From contig CAXXHA010000013.1 of the NCBI GenBank assembly GCA_963662265.2, forward strand, positions 32,001 to 96,000: a DNA stretch of 64,000 nt. The letters run 5' to 3'. Both the position numbers and the translations under genes were made by a program. The notes beneath the pieces were generated by a model, which was not told where the DNA came from, searched no databases, and saw only the letters and a list, made by a program, of their open reading frames with translations. Source of the DNA: Spirochaetia bacterium (GTDB lineage: Bacteria; Spirochaetota; Spirochaetia; CADAEX01). This document shows, in pieces, positions 38,413 to 49,088 of this stretch; positions within the stretch are counted from its first letter, which is position 1; every line of letters begins with the position of its first letter.

Positions 38413-39429
38413 ATGAAAATAGATACAATGAAACTCAAGCAGCTGAATATTGAACTGCTTAAAGCAGAGCTTCTCGGGAAAGAGAGTTCCACAAAAAACA
38501 GCCTTTCAGAGGCAACCGGGTTAAGTGTTGCTACATGCGGAAATATTCTTTCTGAACTTATTGCTTCCGGAGAGGTGATTGAGATTGAAAATGCAGGGTC
38601 TACAGGGGGGCGCAGGTCAAGGCAGTTTAAATTAAACAGCAACCATGCTTTTACAGGAATACTCTATGCCAGGATAGAAGCCGGGGAAAGAAGTATTTAT
38701 ACTGCAGTATTCAACATGAAAGGAGATCTTATTGAAGATCATCATTATGTCTATGAAGATATTTCTCTTACCGAAATTGATTCATGTATTGAGATAATGA
38801 CAGCCCGTTTCAAGAAAATTAAATCTCTTTGTATTGGTCTTCCGGGAATTGTTAACAGGGGAGTTGTTGGTCTCTGTGATCTCAAGCTTCTTGAAAATAT
38901 TCCTGTGGAAAAATATCTCTCGGAAAAGTATATGATCTCTGTGGCAGCTGTAAATGATGTTAATGCTGCAGTTCTTGGATACTTCAGGAAAGAAACACGC
39001 AGTGATTATGAAAGTATTGTATATATTTACTGCCCTGAATACGGTAATCCGGGAGCCGGAATACTTGTAAACGGTAAAATTCTGAAGGGTAAATCAGATT
39101 TTGCCGGAGAAATATCTTTTCTTCCGCTTTCTGAAGGTCGTGAAAGCCAGGATGAGATTCAGAGAGATTTGTACAGTTTTTCAGATTATATAGTGAAGAT
39201 AATCAGATCAATCAATGCAGTTCTTGATCCGGAAATTATTGTATTGACAGGAAGGCGATTTAATCCTGAAGTAATTAAAAAGATAAAAAAACAGACAGCT
39301 GAGCTTATTCCCGATGCTCATCAGCCTGTGATTGGTTTTGAAGAAGATCTTCATGACAGCTTTTCTGAAGGTCTGAGATGTATTGCCGGAGATAACCTTG
39401 GTATCGGAATAAAGTTAGTGGAAAACTGA
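38413..39429 (+). CDS. ROK-family transcriptional regulator
   Basis: HTH ATGLSVATCGNIL, STGGR, IGLPG, NDVNAA, FAGEI. Confidence 0.9.
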   Translation: MKIDTMKLKQLNIELLKAELLGKESSTKNSLSEATGLSVATCGNILSELIASGEVIEIENAGSTGGRRSRQFKLNSNHAFTGILYARIEAGERSIYTAVFNMKGDLIEDHHYVYEDISLTEIDSCIEIMTARFKKIKSLCIGLPGIVNRGVVGLCDLKLLENIPVEKYLSEKYMISVAAVNDVNAAVLGYFRKETRSDYESIVYIYCPEYGNPGAGILVNGKILKGKSDFAGEISFLPLSEGRESQDEIQRDLYSFSDYIVKIIRSINAVLDPEIIVLTGRRFNPEVIKKIKKQTAELIPDAHQPVIGFEEDLHDSFSEGLRCIAGDNLGIGIKLVEN

Positions 39430-39479
39430 TTCTGATGCCGGCTTGCAGCTGAAGCTTGATTTCTTCAGGAGGAATTAAA

Positions 39480-40700
39480 ATGGTTACTGCAGTTTTGCTT
39501 TCAATTGTATATATTTCTTTTATAAGTCTCGGACTTCCTGATTCTATTTTAGGGGTATCAATTCCTGCCATGCAGGTTGAATGGGGTTTTCCTCTCTCGT
39601 TCGGCGGAGCTGTCTCAATGACAGTTGTAGGCAGTACAATAGTCTCAAGTTTCTCAAGTAGTTTTGTTATAAGGAAATTCGGGACAGGGAAAGTTACTCT
39701 TGCAAGCTGCATTCTCACAGCTTTTTCCCTTTTTTGCTTTTCTGTTTCAAATTCTCATTTATGGCTTTTACTGCTTGCAGTACCTCTGGGGCTTGGGGGA
39801 GGCTCTGTTGATACAGCTCTCAATAATTATGTTGCCCTTCATTTTAAAGCCCGTCATATGAACTGGCTTCATTCCTTCTGGGGGGTGGGGGCAACGCTTG
39901 GGCCGTTTTTAATGTCATATTTTATAGCATTATCTTCCTGGCGCTCAGGTTACAGAACTATATCATTTATACAGATTTCTCTTTCCCTGGTTCTTTTTGT
40001 TAGTTTGCCGCTCTGGAAGATGCATAAAAAAATAACAGCTCCTAAAGATGAAGCTGTTTCTGAAGACAGGAAGGGAGCAGCTGAAACAGGAATTGCAGCC
40101 AAGGCTACTTCTGATGATTCTTTATCCGGTAAATCTGAAGCTGGAATTCTTAAAATCAGGGGTGTTAAATATGCACTCCTTACCTTTCTCTTCTACTGTG
40201 CTGTAGAACACTCTGTCGGGCTCTGGGGAAGCAGCTTTCTTGTAAGGATAAAGGATGCATCAGCTGAAGCAGGTGCTTTCTGGATGGCTTTCTATTACGG
40301 TGGTATAACAGCCGGCCGTTTTCTTTCAGGGTTTATCTCTTTCAGGTTCAGCAATCCTCAGATGATAAGGTATGGTCTGTTGACAGCTCTGACAGGTTCC
40401 CTTTTTCTGTTTTTCCCGCTTCCTGCTTTTGCTTCAGGATGTTCCTTTGTCCTTATCGGGCTGGGGCTGTCCCCTGTTTTTCCGGCAATGCTTCACGAGA
40501 CCCCTGTCCGCTTCGGTAAAGAAAACTCTCAGAAAATAATAGGTTTTCAGATGGGCTTCGGTTATACCGGGAGCGCATTCCTTCCGATGCTTCTCGGCGT
40601 GGTTCTTCAGCATGCAGGTATGTTTATGTTTCCTTTTTATGTGAATGTATTTACAGTTCTGATTCTTTTTACTTCCGGGCGGATAGATAAGTCTGTTTGA
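39480..40700 (+). CDS. MFS transporter
   Basis: YISFISLGLPDSILG, DTALNNYVALH, LHSFWGVGATLGP, ~12 TM helices. Confidence 0.9.
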   Translation: MVTAVLLSIVYISFISLGLPDSILGVSIPAMQVEWGFPLSFGGAVSMTVVGSTIVSSFSSSFVIRKFGTGKVTLASCILTAFSLFCFSVSNSHLWLLLLAVPLGLGGGSVDTALNNYVALHFKARHMNWLHSFWGVGATLGPFLMSYFIALSSWRSGYRTISFIQISLSLVLFVSLPLWKMHKKITAPKDEAVSEDRKGAAETGIAAKATSDDSLSGKSEAGILKIRGVKYALLTFLFYCAVEHSVGLWGSSFLVRIKDASAEAGAFWMAFYYGGITAGRFLSGFISFRFSNPQMIRYGLLTALTGSLFLFFPLPAFASGCSFVLIGLGLSPVFPAMLHETPVRFGKENSQKIIGFQMGFGYTGSAFLPMLLGVVLQHAGMFMFPFYVNVFTVLILFTSGRIDKSV

Positions 40701-40792
40701 AAGGATTTTTAGCTCCGATTCCAATTCTCTCTAGATGCTTCTTAATAGATGATACTTCATGTATACTTATAAAGATAGAATATGGAGGTTTT

Positions 40793-41995
40793 ATGCTTAT
40801 ATTTTCCTCTGTTTCATTGTTTTCCTTTACAGTTTATATTCTTCTGGGAATATATGTTCTGTGTATAAAACCCTCTTCCAGCCTGTACAGGAATTTCTTT
40901 TATTTTTGTCTCTGCTTTACTGTCTGGGCTTTTGCAGCTTTTTACAGATCATATGACAGGGGTTTTAACAGCAGTATAACAGCTATAAAGATCCAGTATG
41001 CTGCCGCTTTGATGTATTCCGTTTTTATCCTCAGGTTTTTTATACTTCTGACCGGAATTCCTGCATCCGGAAGAAAAAGAAATATAATATTTGTACTGCT
41101 TTGGGTTATTCCTGCTGTTTTTATGTATCAGAATTTACGGTACAACCGCATATTCAGCTCTTTTCCGGGAGGATGGTGGTATGCAGGTCTTCATCTCTTT
41201 GCAAACTTATATAACTTGTCTTCTGTTATTCTTCTGCTTGTCTGGTCTTCAGGATCGGAATCAAAAAGGGTAAAAAAACAGGTTAAAATAATTATTATCA
41301 GCACAGCTGTTACTATATTTATGACTATTGCGGGGGATTATATTGCTGGTTATCTTGATGTTCCAACCCCCACGCCGGCATTAACTCTTATATGGATTTC
41401 CGCAATCTATTTTGTGATTAAAAAATACAGGATGATTGAGATTTCGCCCTATACTGTTCCTGTTGAAATTATGAATTCTATGGAAGAGGTAATAGCTCTT
41501 TTCAATCCGGACAAGAAACTTATCTGGCATAATGAAGCAGATGATGCTTTTTTCATGACCATACTCCTGAAAAGAAAAAACCTTGTTTCTCTTTTTTCCG
41601 GCGATTTTAATTCTGTTTCAAGTATTAATGATCTTAAGGACCGGGAAAACACGGTATCGGTTTTCCGGTATCCCTACAGGCTTGATGAATATATATGTCT
41701 TTATGATATTCTGGTAAAAAAAATGTATGATTCTTTCGGAGATAATATAGGTTTTCTTCTGAAAGCAAGAAAAGTCAAATCTGTAGAGTTCTTAAGAACA
41801 ATTTACAGTATCACAAAAAGAGAACTGGAAGTTATAAAACTCCTGATTACCGGCTTGACCTATAATGATATTGCAGGGCAGCTCAATATATCAGAAAACA
41901 CGCTTAAAACACATATCTCTTCTTTTTACAACAAGCTTGGTATAAATAATAAGGTAGAGCTTATCAATCTTGTAAATAATCTTGAAAACCGGTAA
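40793..41995 (+). CDS. 7TM membrane domain plus C-terminal LuxR HTH regulator
   Basis: About 7 hydrophobic segments; ITKRELEVIKLLITGLTYNDIAGQLNISENTLKTH; RBS GGAGG before ATG 40793. Confidence 0.85.
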   Translation: MLIFSSVSLFSFTVYILLGIYVLCIKPSSSLYRNFFYFCLCFTVWAFAAFYRSYDRGFNSSITAIKIQYAAALMYSVFILRFFILLTGIPASGRKRNIIFVLLWVIPAVFMYQNLRYNRIFSSFPGGWWYAGLHLFANLYNLSSVILLLVWSSGSESKRVKKQVKIIIISTAVTIFMTIAGDYIAGYLDVPTPTPALTLIWISAIYFVIKKYRMIEISPYTVPVEIMNSMEEVIALFNPDKKLIWHNEADDAFFMTILLKRKNLVSLFSGDFNSVSSINDLKDRENTVSVFRYPYRLDEYICLYDILVKKMYDSFGDNIGFLLKARKVKSVEFLRTIYSITKRELEVIKLLITGLTYNDIAGQLNISENTLKTHISSFYNKLGINNKVELINLVNNLENR

Positions 41996-42097
41996 AAATG
42001 CATTTTTTGCAGCATTCTCATCCTCTCTGGTACTTTTGTGTGATGTCTTGAATAACTGGTGCCTCCTATTATGAATAAATAAAATTCGGAGGTACTT

Positions 42098-42832
42098 ATG
42101 AAAAAAAATATTGTTTCGTTTCTGTTGATCATCTGCATTTTTTTATCTGCATGTAATAACTCAGGGGGCGGAAGCGGTCCTGAACCTGAAGCCGAGCGTC
42201 CCTATAAAGTGGGCGACACAGGCCCTGGAGGAGGCATTGTGTTTTATGATGATACAATAGGTTTTGATTTTGATGATGATGGTATAATCCAATCAGATGA
42301 AAAAGACCTACTTGACGGGATAAATGATGGTGTTGTATCAGGAAGCAGCTTTCTGGAAGCAGCTCCCCCTTTCTGGAACGGAACAGATAATCCTGATCCG
42401 GAAGCGTTGTGGGGTTTAAATAATATAAATACACTGGTCCCTGATGTTTCCTGGAATCCCACACCGGATGAATGCTCACAAAGTGTCGGAAGGGGTAAAT
42501 CCAATACAGATATTTTGATTACTGCCCTGACAAATAACGGAGAATCTGGAAAGGCGGCTCAGCTGTGTAAAGCCTATAACGGGGGAGGAGAAACTGACTG
42601 GTTTTTTCCAAGTGTAGGAGAACTTTATCTTATGTGTATTGTTTTGAATGGAAACACACCTGTGCTGGGAGGTTTTTTTAATTCAAGTACAGGTTATCTG
42701 AGTTCTTCCGAATACAATAGTGCATCAGCTATAATTATTGCATTTATGGATACATCGTTTAATGGAAATCCTTTTTATACTGCAAAAGATACCAGTCCTG
42801 CCAGATATGTCCGTCCTACCAGGTCGTTTTAA
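42098..42832 (+). CDS. Lipoprotein with DUF1566/Lcl-like domain
   Basis: Lipobox LSAC; YKVGDTGPGGGIVFYD, LEAAP, DWFFPSVGEL, YVRPTRSF. Confidence 0.75.
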   Translation: MKKNIVSFLLIICIFLSACNNSGGGSGPEPEAERPYKVGDTGPGGGIVFYDDTIGFDFDDDGIIQSDEKDLLDGINDGVVSGSSFLEAAPPFWNGTDNPDPEALWGLNNINTLVPDVSWNPTPDECSQSVGRGKSNTDILITALTNNGESGKAAQLCKAYNGGGETDWFFPSVGELYLMCIVLNGNTPVLGGFFNSSTGYLSSSEYNSASAIIIAFMDTSFNGNPFYTAKDTSPARYVRPTRSF

Positions 42833-42858
42833 GCGGCATGTCCCTGAATATTATTTTG

Positions 42859-42887
42859 CTGCCCTTTTACGGGGCAGTTATTTTTTT
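42859..42887. terminator. Terminator between convergent genes
   Basis: CTGCCC...GGGCAG plus T-run. Confidence 0.65.
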
Positions 42888-42896
42888 CTTTAAGGT

Positions 42897-44543
42897 CTAA
42901 TACCCGTCAGACATCTGTATATTGATATCTTTCTTGTAGAGCTCGTTATATACAAAGCCCCGGTTTCTAAGGATATCCTTTATTGTCTGCGGGAATGGTA
43001 TGTTTCTCCAGAAAACTCCCCTTACTTCCCTGTCAAGCTTCTGCATTCCGTCGCTTTCCTTTGTGATCCACAGGATATAGTCTCTTATAAAGTATTCCTT
43101 TACATCGCCTCTCATTTTCTGGTCTGTAAACCACTGGTAGTATTTCCCGGTCAGTCCTTCTTCCATCCAGTAATAGGATGCAGTTTCCTTTGCTACCTGC
43201 CACCTGAGGTCTGCAAGTGCATAGAGTACAGATGTTTTAAGATCTTTCGGATAAAGAGGTATTGCGATTCTTCCTCTGGATGATGCCCTGTTGAATTTTT
43301 CATAAGGTTCCCAGCAGATTCCGAACTCCCCGTAACATGGAACTATGATGACATATGGTACAATTCTGGAAGTCTGCCGTTTGAATGTTCTCTTGAAAAG
43401 GCCCGGGTCTATTTTTTCTATTTCAGACATTATTGTGATGATATTTTCACGTGTGGCAAGATCTCTGATGTTCGGTCTCATATACTGCTGCATGAGTATT
43501 GGAAAATGGTTCCCCTTTCTTCCCACGCTCATTTTTGCCATCTGTTTTACAGCCATAAATTCATTTGTAATTGTCTGCCTGTCAACAGCTGTATCCCCGC
43601 CTTCTTCAGAGACTTTTCTCTGGAGCTCTTCAACTTTTGCCATGTTTGCTTCATGGTTCTGGGTAATAACAGCAATTTCCCTGTCGTAATTGCTTAGTTT
43701 TCTCGACAGTTCCATCATCTCGGTGATGGCATTTTTCTGAAGCTGGTTATATGTTCCTCTGAGCCCTGTCCTTGGATTTACTTTATATCTCTGAAGTACT
43801 GCAATTTTCTGAAGCAGTGCATTTTCTATCTCTGTAACAGTGGAAGTCTTTGTTTTCAGCTGGTTCAGTGATGCGTCTTTCTGTCCCCTGGCCTTTTCAA
43901 GCAGAGCTTTTGACTTTGAGCCCTGTTTCTGCTTCATGTTTTTTGTTTCATCAGCAGCTGAAGGGTTTATATCTCCTTCTGCAATTCTTAAAAGCCATTC
44001 ATCTACATAGTGTATCGGTTCACCAGTTATGTTGTCTTCAATAATGGAAGACAGTGTTGCTCTCTGCTCCTTGCTGATAAGGGTCGGCAAAAGAACTCCG
44101 AACCTTAAAAGCAGCTTTGCCGGTTTTGACATTGAGGGGGATATCTTTGATGCTATTGATATTGCAAGTTCCCAATAGGCTGTGATAAGCCTCTGCCTGG
44201 CAAGGGTCCTGTCCTTGGGGTTTTCCGCCTTCAGAAAATCGGAAAGAAGACTGTGAACCCTTTTTGATATTTCCCCTTCTCCGGAAAGCAGTGTTTTATA
44301 GTATGAAGGATCTGTGAAATAGGGTTTAGGTTTTTCTGAAAACTCTTTTACTGTAAAAAATGAATCGCTGAAGACCTCTTCCTGCTGGTCTGTTTCTGGA
44401 GTTTCTGTTCTTTCGTCTTCGAAAAGGTCGAAGAAGTCCGGATTTGTCTCTGCATCCTGATTATCTGCAATTCCAATGAGATCTGCAATTTCAGGATCCA
44501 GTTCATCAGAGGTATTATTCATATTCATATAATTATTACTCAT
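42897..44543 (-). CDS. Hypothetical protein (acidic N-terminus, coiled coil, globular C-terminus)
   Basis: 548-aa ORF; start moved to 44543 because the longer ORF runs into the tRNA. Confidence 0.8.
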   Translation of the reverse strand: MSNNYMNMNNTSDELDPEIADLIGIADNQDAETNPDFFDLFEDERTETPETDQQEEVFSDSFFTVKEFSEKPKPYFTDPSYYKTLLSGEGEISKRVHSLLSDFLKAENPKDRTLARQRLITAYWELAISIASKISPSMSKPAKLLLRFGVLLPTLISKEQRATLSSIIEDNITGEPIHYVDEWLLRIAEGDINPSAADETKNMKQKQGSKSKALLEKARGQKDASLNQLKTKTSTVTEIENALLQKIAVLQRYKVNPRTGLRGTYNQLQKNAITEMMELSRKLSNYDREIAVITQNHEANMAKVEELQRKVSEEGGDTAVDRQTITNEFMAVKQMAKMSVGRKGNHFPILMQQYMRPNIRDLATRENIITIMSEIEKIDPGLFKRTFKRQTSRIVPYVIIVPCYGEFGICWEPYEKFNRASSRGRIAIPLYPKDLKTSVLYALADLRWQVAKETASYYWMEEGLTGKYYQWFTDQKMRGDVKEYFIRDYILWITKESDGMQKLDREVRGVFWRNIPFPQTIKDILRNRGFVYNELYKKDINIQMSDGY

Positions 44544-44557
44544 TTTTATATTGATCC

Positions 44558-44631
44558 TGGAGGTGGTGGGAATCGAACCCGCGGCCTCGTGAATGCCATT
44601 CACGCGCTCTAGCCAACTGAGCTACACCCCC
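44558..44631 (-). tRNA. tRNA-Ala (GGC)
   Basis: GGGGGTGTAGCTCAGTTGGCTAGAGCGCGTGAATGGCATTCACGAGGCCGCGGGTTCGATTCCCACCACCTCCA; G3:U70 pair, anticodon GGC, CCA tail not encoded. Confidence 0.97.
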
Positions 44632-45016
44632 TCTTTAATATCATCATTCCCGCCATACCCTGAAAGGGATCACCGTACAATTTACCGGTGAAAAACAGGC
44701 AGCTTTGATGCTGGTCTGCAAGGAAATTTTTTGTTGCGAATATAATACGCTTTGAAAAACATACACCAACAGTTCCTTACAGAATATTAAAAACTCTGAA
44801 AGCAGCGGGTTATTCAGACCTGCTCTGCGAATAACTATAATCCCCTCAGGGCTTCTCTGTCAACAATTATAGTTTTCTTTGAATATGTACAGCTGTTGAC
44901 TTTATTCATGCAATATTTTTTTTAAATTAATTTAAAATGAAAAGAAACTTTCTGTTTGAATAAAAACTGAAAAAAGTTTATCATTATTCAATCTTAAGAC
45001 AAAATAGGCGGAGCTA

Positions 45017-45802
45017 ATGGAATCAATCAGAAATCTTGTGGAATATGTTGTTAAGGGGGGAGATCTGGCCTGGGAAGAGCAGGCAGGTGTCAGCCGGGAT
45101 GTTAAGCATGACGGCTCAGTTGTTACCCATGTGGATAAAAAACTCAATGATTATCTGTCAGAAGCCATAACAAGGCTCTACCCTGAAGCTAATCTTGTGA
45201 CAGAAGAGAGTGACAGCTTCTATGATCCTGAAAAGGAGTATAGTTTTGCGGTTGATCCGATTGACGGAACTGATCCGTTCAGCCAGGGTATGCCCAGCTG
45301 GTGTGTTTCTGTAGGTCTTCTTAAAGGGGGAGTTCCTGTTGCCGGGATTGTTTATGCTCCTGCATGGGGAATAAAAGGGGGTACTCTTATTGTAAGCGAT
45401 CTTGACGGTTCAGTTGAAGTTAACGGAAAAACAGTTGAATTTTCAGATGAGGAACCTGATTCAGAAGGGTTTCAGGCCATGGCTGGCTCCAAGGTTTTTA
45501 AAACTTTTGATCTTACCGCATTTCCCGGAAAGGTTAGAGCTGCCGGAGCCGCTGTTATCAGCCTCATAGCTCCTGTTATTCACAGCAATATCAAGGTATC
45601 AGTTATTCCCGGATGCCATATCTGGGACATTGCAGCGGCCCATGCTATTGTAAGGAATTTCGGACTCCGGACAGAATATATAAACGGGGATGAAATTGAT
45701 TATATACCGCTTCTTAAAAGGGAATTTACTGCTGATTTTATCATTTCCGGATTCAGCAAGTACTGTGATGTTGCAAAGGAAACATTTCAGAGAAAAAAAT
45801 AA
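45017..45802 (+). CDS. Inositol monophosphatase family protein
   Basis: VTHVD, TEE, VDPIDGT, WDIAAA. Confidence 0.9.
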   Translation: MESIRNLVEYVVKGGDLAWEEQAGVSRDVKHDGSVVTHVDKKLNDYLSEAITRLYPEANLVTEESDSFYDPEKEYSFAVDPIDGTDPFSQGMPSWCVSVGLLKGGVPVAGIVYAPAWGIKGGTLIVSDLDGSVEVNGKTVEFSDEEPDSEGFQAMAGSKVFKTFDLTAFPGKVRAAGAAVISLIAPVIHSNIKVSVIPGCHIWDIAAAHAIVRNFGLRTEYINGDEIDYIPLLKREFTADFIISGFSKYCDVAKETFQRKK

Positions 45803-45893
45803 ATCTGTCTGAGAAACATAAATCACTTCTCTAATGTTTACCGGTTTTCAGGCCGATTGTGATAGTATATTTTCGTCTGCGCAGGATTAAACA

Positions 45894-47789
45894 ATGAATG
45901 ATAGATTTATAATTTACTATACTCCGGAAATATTTTTACCGACAGATCTCAAAGATTCAAATATCTCGTTTATACCTCTTGATAAGGAAAAAACTGATCA
46001 GTTTGTTCCCTTTTCAGGATTTCTGATAGATTTCTCTGATTATTCTTTTCTTGAAGATAAGAAGCTTTTGGAAGAATGCTGTGTTCTTCTCTGGAATTTT
46101 GAAAATAAGGGAAAAGATATAACAGTAAGGAACAGGGAAAATATATATTTTGAATTCACTTCATTTCCTGATCTGAGAGATTTCAGGCAGATTCTTAAAA
46201 ACTACAAAGACTGGTTTCTTCTCCACCGGGAAAAAAATGATTTCCTTGCAGTCAGAAAAAGAAAAGATGATGTATATAATAAAATACTCAATGTAGGGGT
46301 CGCTCTCAGCGCAGAAAGAAACAATCAGAAACTCCTGGATTATATTGTTGCAAAAACAAGGGAAATTACATTTGCGGACGCCGGAAGCCTTTATCTTGTC
46401 GATGAAAACAGGGAAACAGGGGATTCTTCACTTCTTTTCAAGATAGCTCATAATGATTCGAATCCGACTGATTTTACTGAATTCAGCATGCCTATAATGA
46501 AAAAGTCGATTGCCGGTTATGTCGCTCTCACAGGCGAAGTAATAAAGCTGGATAATGTCTATGATATCCCTGAAGAGGCGGAATATGATTTTAACAGCTC
46601 ATATGATGTTAGTACCGGTTATATAAGCAAGAGCATGCTGACTGTTCCCATGAAAAACCACAAAGGGAAGATAATAGGTGTTATTCAGCTGATCAACAAG
46701 AAAGTTTCCCCTGATATCAGGCTAGACGGACAGGATTCTGTTGAGGATTTTGTCAGATCCTTTGATTCTTCCGATGAAGAGGTTGTTCTCTCCTTATCGT
46801 CTCTTGCCGCGGTATCGCTTGATAACAACCAGCTTTATAACGAGATAGAAAACCTGTTTGAATGTCTTGTTAAAGCTTCTGCAAAAGCGATAGAGCAGAG
46901 AGATCCTGCAACAAGCGGTCATTCACTGAGGGTTGCAAAATACACTGTAGCTCTTGCCGAAGCATTTTCCTCCGATACATCTGATGAATTCAGTGATATT
47001 CATTATTCACCTGATCATCTGAAAGGGCTGAGGTATGCATGTCTTCTCCATGATTTCGGAAAGGTAGGGGTCAGGGAGAATGTTCTTGTAAAGGCCAAGA
47101 AACTCTATCCAGGCATGCTTGATCTTATACACATGAGGCTGGATTACATACGAAAGAAGAATGAAGCAGAAATGTTCCGGGGTGTTCTTGAGAAAAAAGG
47201 AAATCTGAATTCAATAAAAGAAGAACTTGAAAAAGAATATGAGAAGTTTGAAAAGCTTAAAGAGATAATTACCAGTCTTAATGAGACAACAGTCCTGAGT
47301 TCAGATCCTGAAGAGATGCTTTCTGTTGTGAAATCAGAGAAATATACTGATGAAAGCAGCGGGGAAGCATGTATTATTACTGATGAAGAAAGCGGTTTTC
47401 TGTCAATCAAGAGAGGATGTCTTAATGACAAGGAACGGGATGAAATCCAGTCCCATGTTGTACATACATATGAATTCCTTAAAAATATTCCATGGCCTGA
47501 TTATCTTTCAAATATCCCTGAGATTGCCCGGGGGCATCATGAAATGCTTAACGGTTCAGGTTATCCTGACAGCAAGAAGGGGGATGAAATTCCTTTTGAA
47601 TCAAGAATGATGGCCGTGGCTGATATCTATGATGCGCTTACAGCCAGCGACAGGCCTTATAAGAGGGCTGTTCCTGCTGACAGGGCGCTTAATATTCTGA
47701 AGGCAGAGGCGGACGCCGGAAAGCTTGACAGTAAAATTGTGGATTTCTTTATTGAGAAGAAGATTTATGAGGTTCCAGGGCAGCAGTAG
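45894..47789 (+). CDS. GAF + HD-GYP cyclic dinucleotide phosphodiesterase
   Basis: GAF (SIAGYVA...SMLTVPM...QLINKK), LHDFGKVG, HHEMLNGSGYP, ADIYDALT..RPYK. Confidence 0.92.
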   Translation: MNDRFIIYYTPEIFLPTDLKDSNISFIPLDKEKTDQFVPFSGFLIDFSDYSFLEDKKLLEECCVLLWNFENKGKDITVRNRENIYFEFTSFPDLRDFRQILKNYKDWFLLHREKNDFLAVRKRKDDVYNKILNVGVALSAERNNQKLLDYIVAKTREITFADAGSLYLVDENRETGDSSLLFKIAHNDSNPTDFTEFSMPIMKKSIAGYVALTGEVIKLDNVYDIPEEAEYDFNSSYDVSTGYISKSMLTVPMKNHKGKIIGVIQLINKKVSPDIRLDGQDSVEDFVRSFDSSDEEVVLSLSSLAAVSLDNNQLYNEIENLFECLVKASAKAIEQRDPATSGHSLRVAKYTVALAEAFSSDTSDEFSDIHYSPDHLKGLRYACLLHDFGKVGVRENVLVKAKKLYPGMLDLIHMRLDYIRKKNEAEMFRGVLEKKGNLNSIKEELEKEYEKFEKLKEIITSLNETTVLSSDPEEMLSVVKSEKYTDESSGEACIITDEESGFLSIKRGCLNDKERDEIQSHVVHTYEFLKNIPWPDYLSNIPEIARGHHEMLNGSGYPDSKKGDEIPFESRMMAVADIYDALTASDRPYKRAVPADRALNILKAEADAGKLDSKIVDFFIEKKIYEVPGQQ

Positions 47790-47824
47790 GGGATTTCACG
47801 ATAAACTTTTTATGCGTCTATATG

Positions 47825-47864
47825 AAAAATGCCGGATCAGGAGCTGATTACCGGCATTTTTTTA
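47825..47864. terminator. Bidirectional terminator
   Basis: AAAAATGCCGG...CCGGCATTTTTTT. Confidence 0.8.
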
Positions 47865-47932
47865 TAATAATTCAGTGTTCCGGAATTATTTAAGTATTCC
47901 GGATATCTGTCTTTAATTTCTTTTTCCTGTGA

Positions 47933-48928
47933 TTACCACCTGAGAAGTGTTCCCCCGTAGGTAAGTCCGGCGCCGAAGCCGACTATTATAATATAATCGC
48001 CTCTCTTGATTTCCCCATTTTCAACAGCTTCATTGAAGGCAAGAGGTATACTTGCACTGGATGTGTTGGCAAACTCTGCAATATTCATATAGAATTTTTC
48101 AACAGGCATTTTTGTTCTCTTTGAAACAGCCTCAATAATTCTCATGTTTGCCTGGTGCGGTACTATATATTTTATATCTTCAATTGTAAGTCCGGCATCT
48201 TCCATAAGTTTTTGAACTGTAAAACTCAAAACTTCGACTGCAAAGTTGTAGACTCTTCTACCGTTCATGTAGAGACAGGTTGCATTGTTTTCTGTTTTAT
48301 TCTTTTCGAAAGGCTCTGCAATACCGCCTGCAGGTCTTGAAAGGAATCCAGCCCCGCTTCCTCTTGCTCTCATATATGTGTTGAGAATTACAGAAGGATT
48401 GTTTTCAGGATCTTCATGCCCTGTAACAACTGCAGCGCCGCATCCGTCTCCGAAGAGTACACATGTTCCCCTGTCTTCCCAGTTGGCTATCTTGGTCAGC
48501 TGTTCAGATCCTATTACAAGGATGTTTTTTGCCTCTCCGGTTGCAATAGCATTTTTTGCGATATTAAGTGCATAGACAAAACCGGAACATGCAGCAGCAA
48601 TATCATAGGCAGCCGCATTTACAGCCTTGATTTTTTCCTGAACAATACATGCAGTTGAAGGGAAACCTATATAATCAGGTGTTCCTGTTGCAAGGATTAT
48701 TTCATCAATATCCTCTGCAGTCAAACCGCTTCTTTCGAGGGCCATTTCAGAAGCTGATGCAGCCATGTCTGATGTCAGGACATTTTTATCTACAAAATGT
48801 CGGTTTTTGATGCCTGTGTGGGAATATATCCATTCATCAGATGTGTCTACTAATTTTGTAAGATCTTCATTTGATACTTTTTTTTCCGGAATATAAACAC
48901 CCAGACTTTTTATATAAGGAATTATCAT
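47933..48928 (-). CDS. fabH: 3-oxoacyl-ACP synthase III
   Basis: AACSGF, VLFGDG, PHQANMRI, NTSSASIP, GFGAGLTYG. Confidence 0.96.
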   Translation of the reverse strand: MIIPYIKSLGVYIPEKKVSNEDLTKLVDTSDEWIYSHTGIKNRHFVDKNVLTSDMAASASEMALERSGLTAEDIDEIILATGTPDYIGFPSTACIVQEKIKAVNAAAYDIAAACSGFVYALNIAKNAIATGEAKNILVIGSEQLTKIANWEDRGTCVLFGDGCGAAVVTGHEDPENNPSVILNTYMRARGSGAGFLSRPAGGIAEPFEKNKTENNATCLYMNGRRVYNFAVEVLSFTVQKLMEDAGLTIEDIKYIVPHQANMRIIEAVSKRTKMPVEKFYMNIAEFANTSSASIPLAFNEAVENGEIKRGDYIIIVGFGAGLTYGGTLLRW

Positions 48929-49088
48929 TTAAACCTCCATATTTATTCTGGATCTATAATTTATAGATATTTTAGCCGATACTCTTTTTAAGAGTCTATC
49001 ACGGAATCATGTAATCTATAACTTTTTATCTTAAAAGGTCAAGGATTGCAGATCAATATGACAATTTTTTTACAAAAGCGGAGAGGAT

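Noticed and set aside
44558-44631. tRNA-Ala as the integration site of an island
   Set aside because: No integrase and no duplicated tRNA 3' end seen in the window
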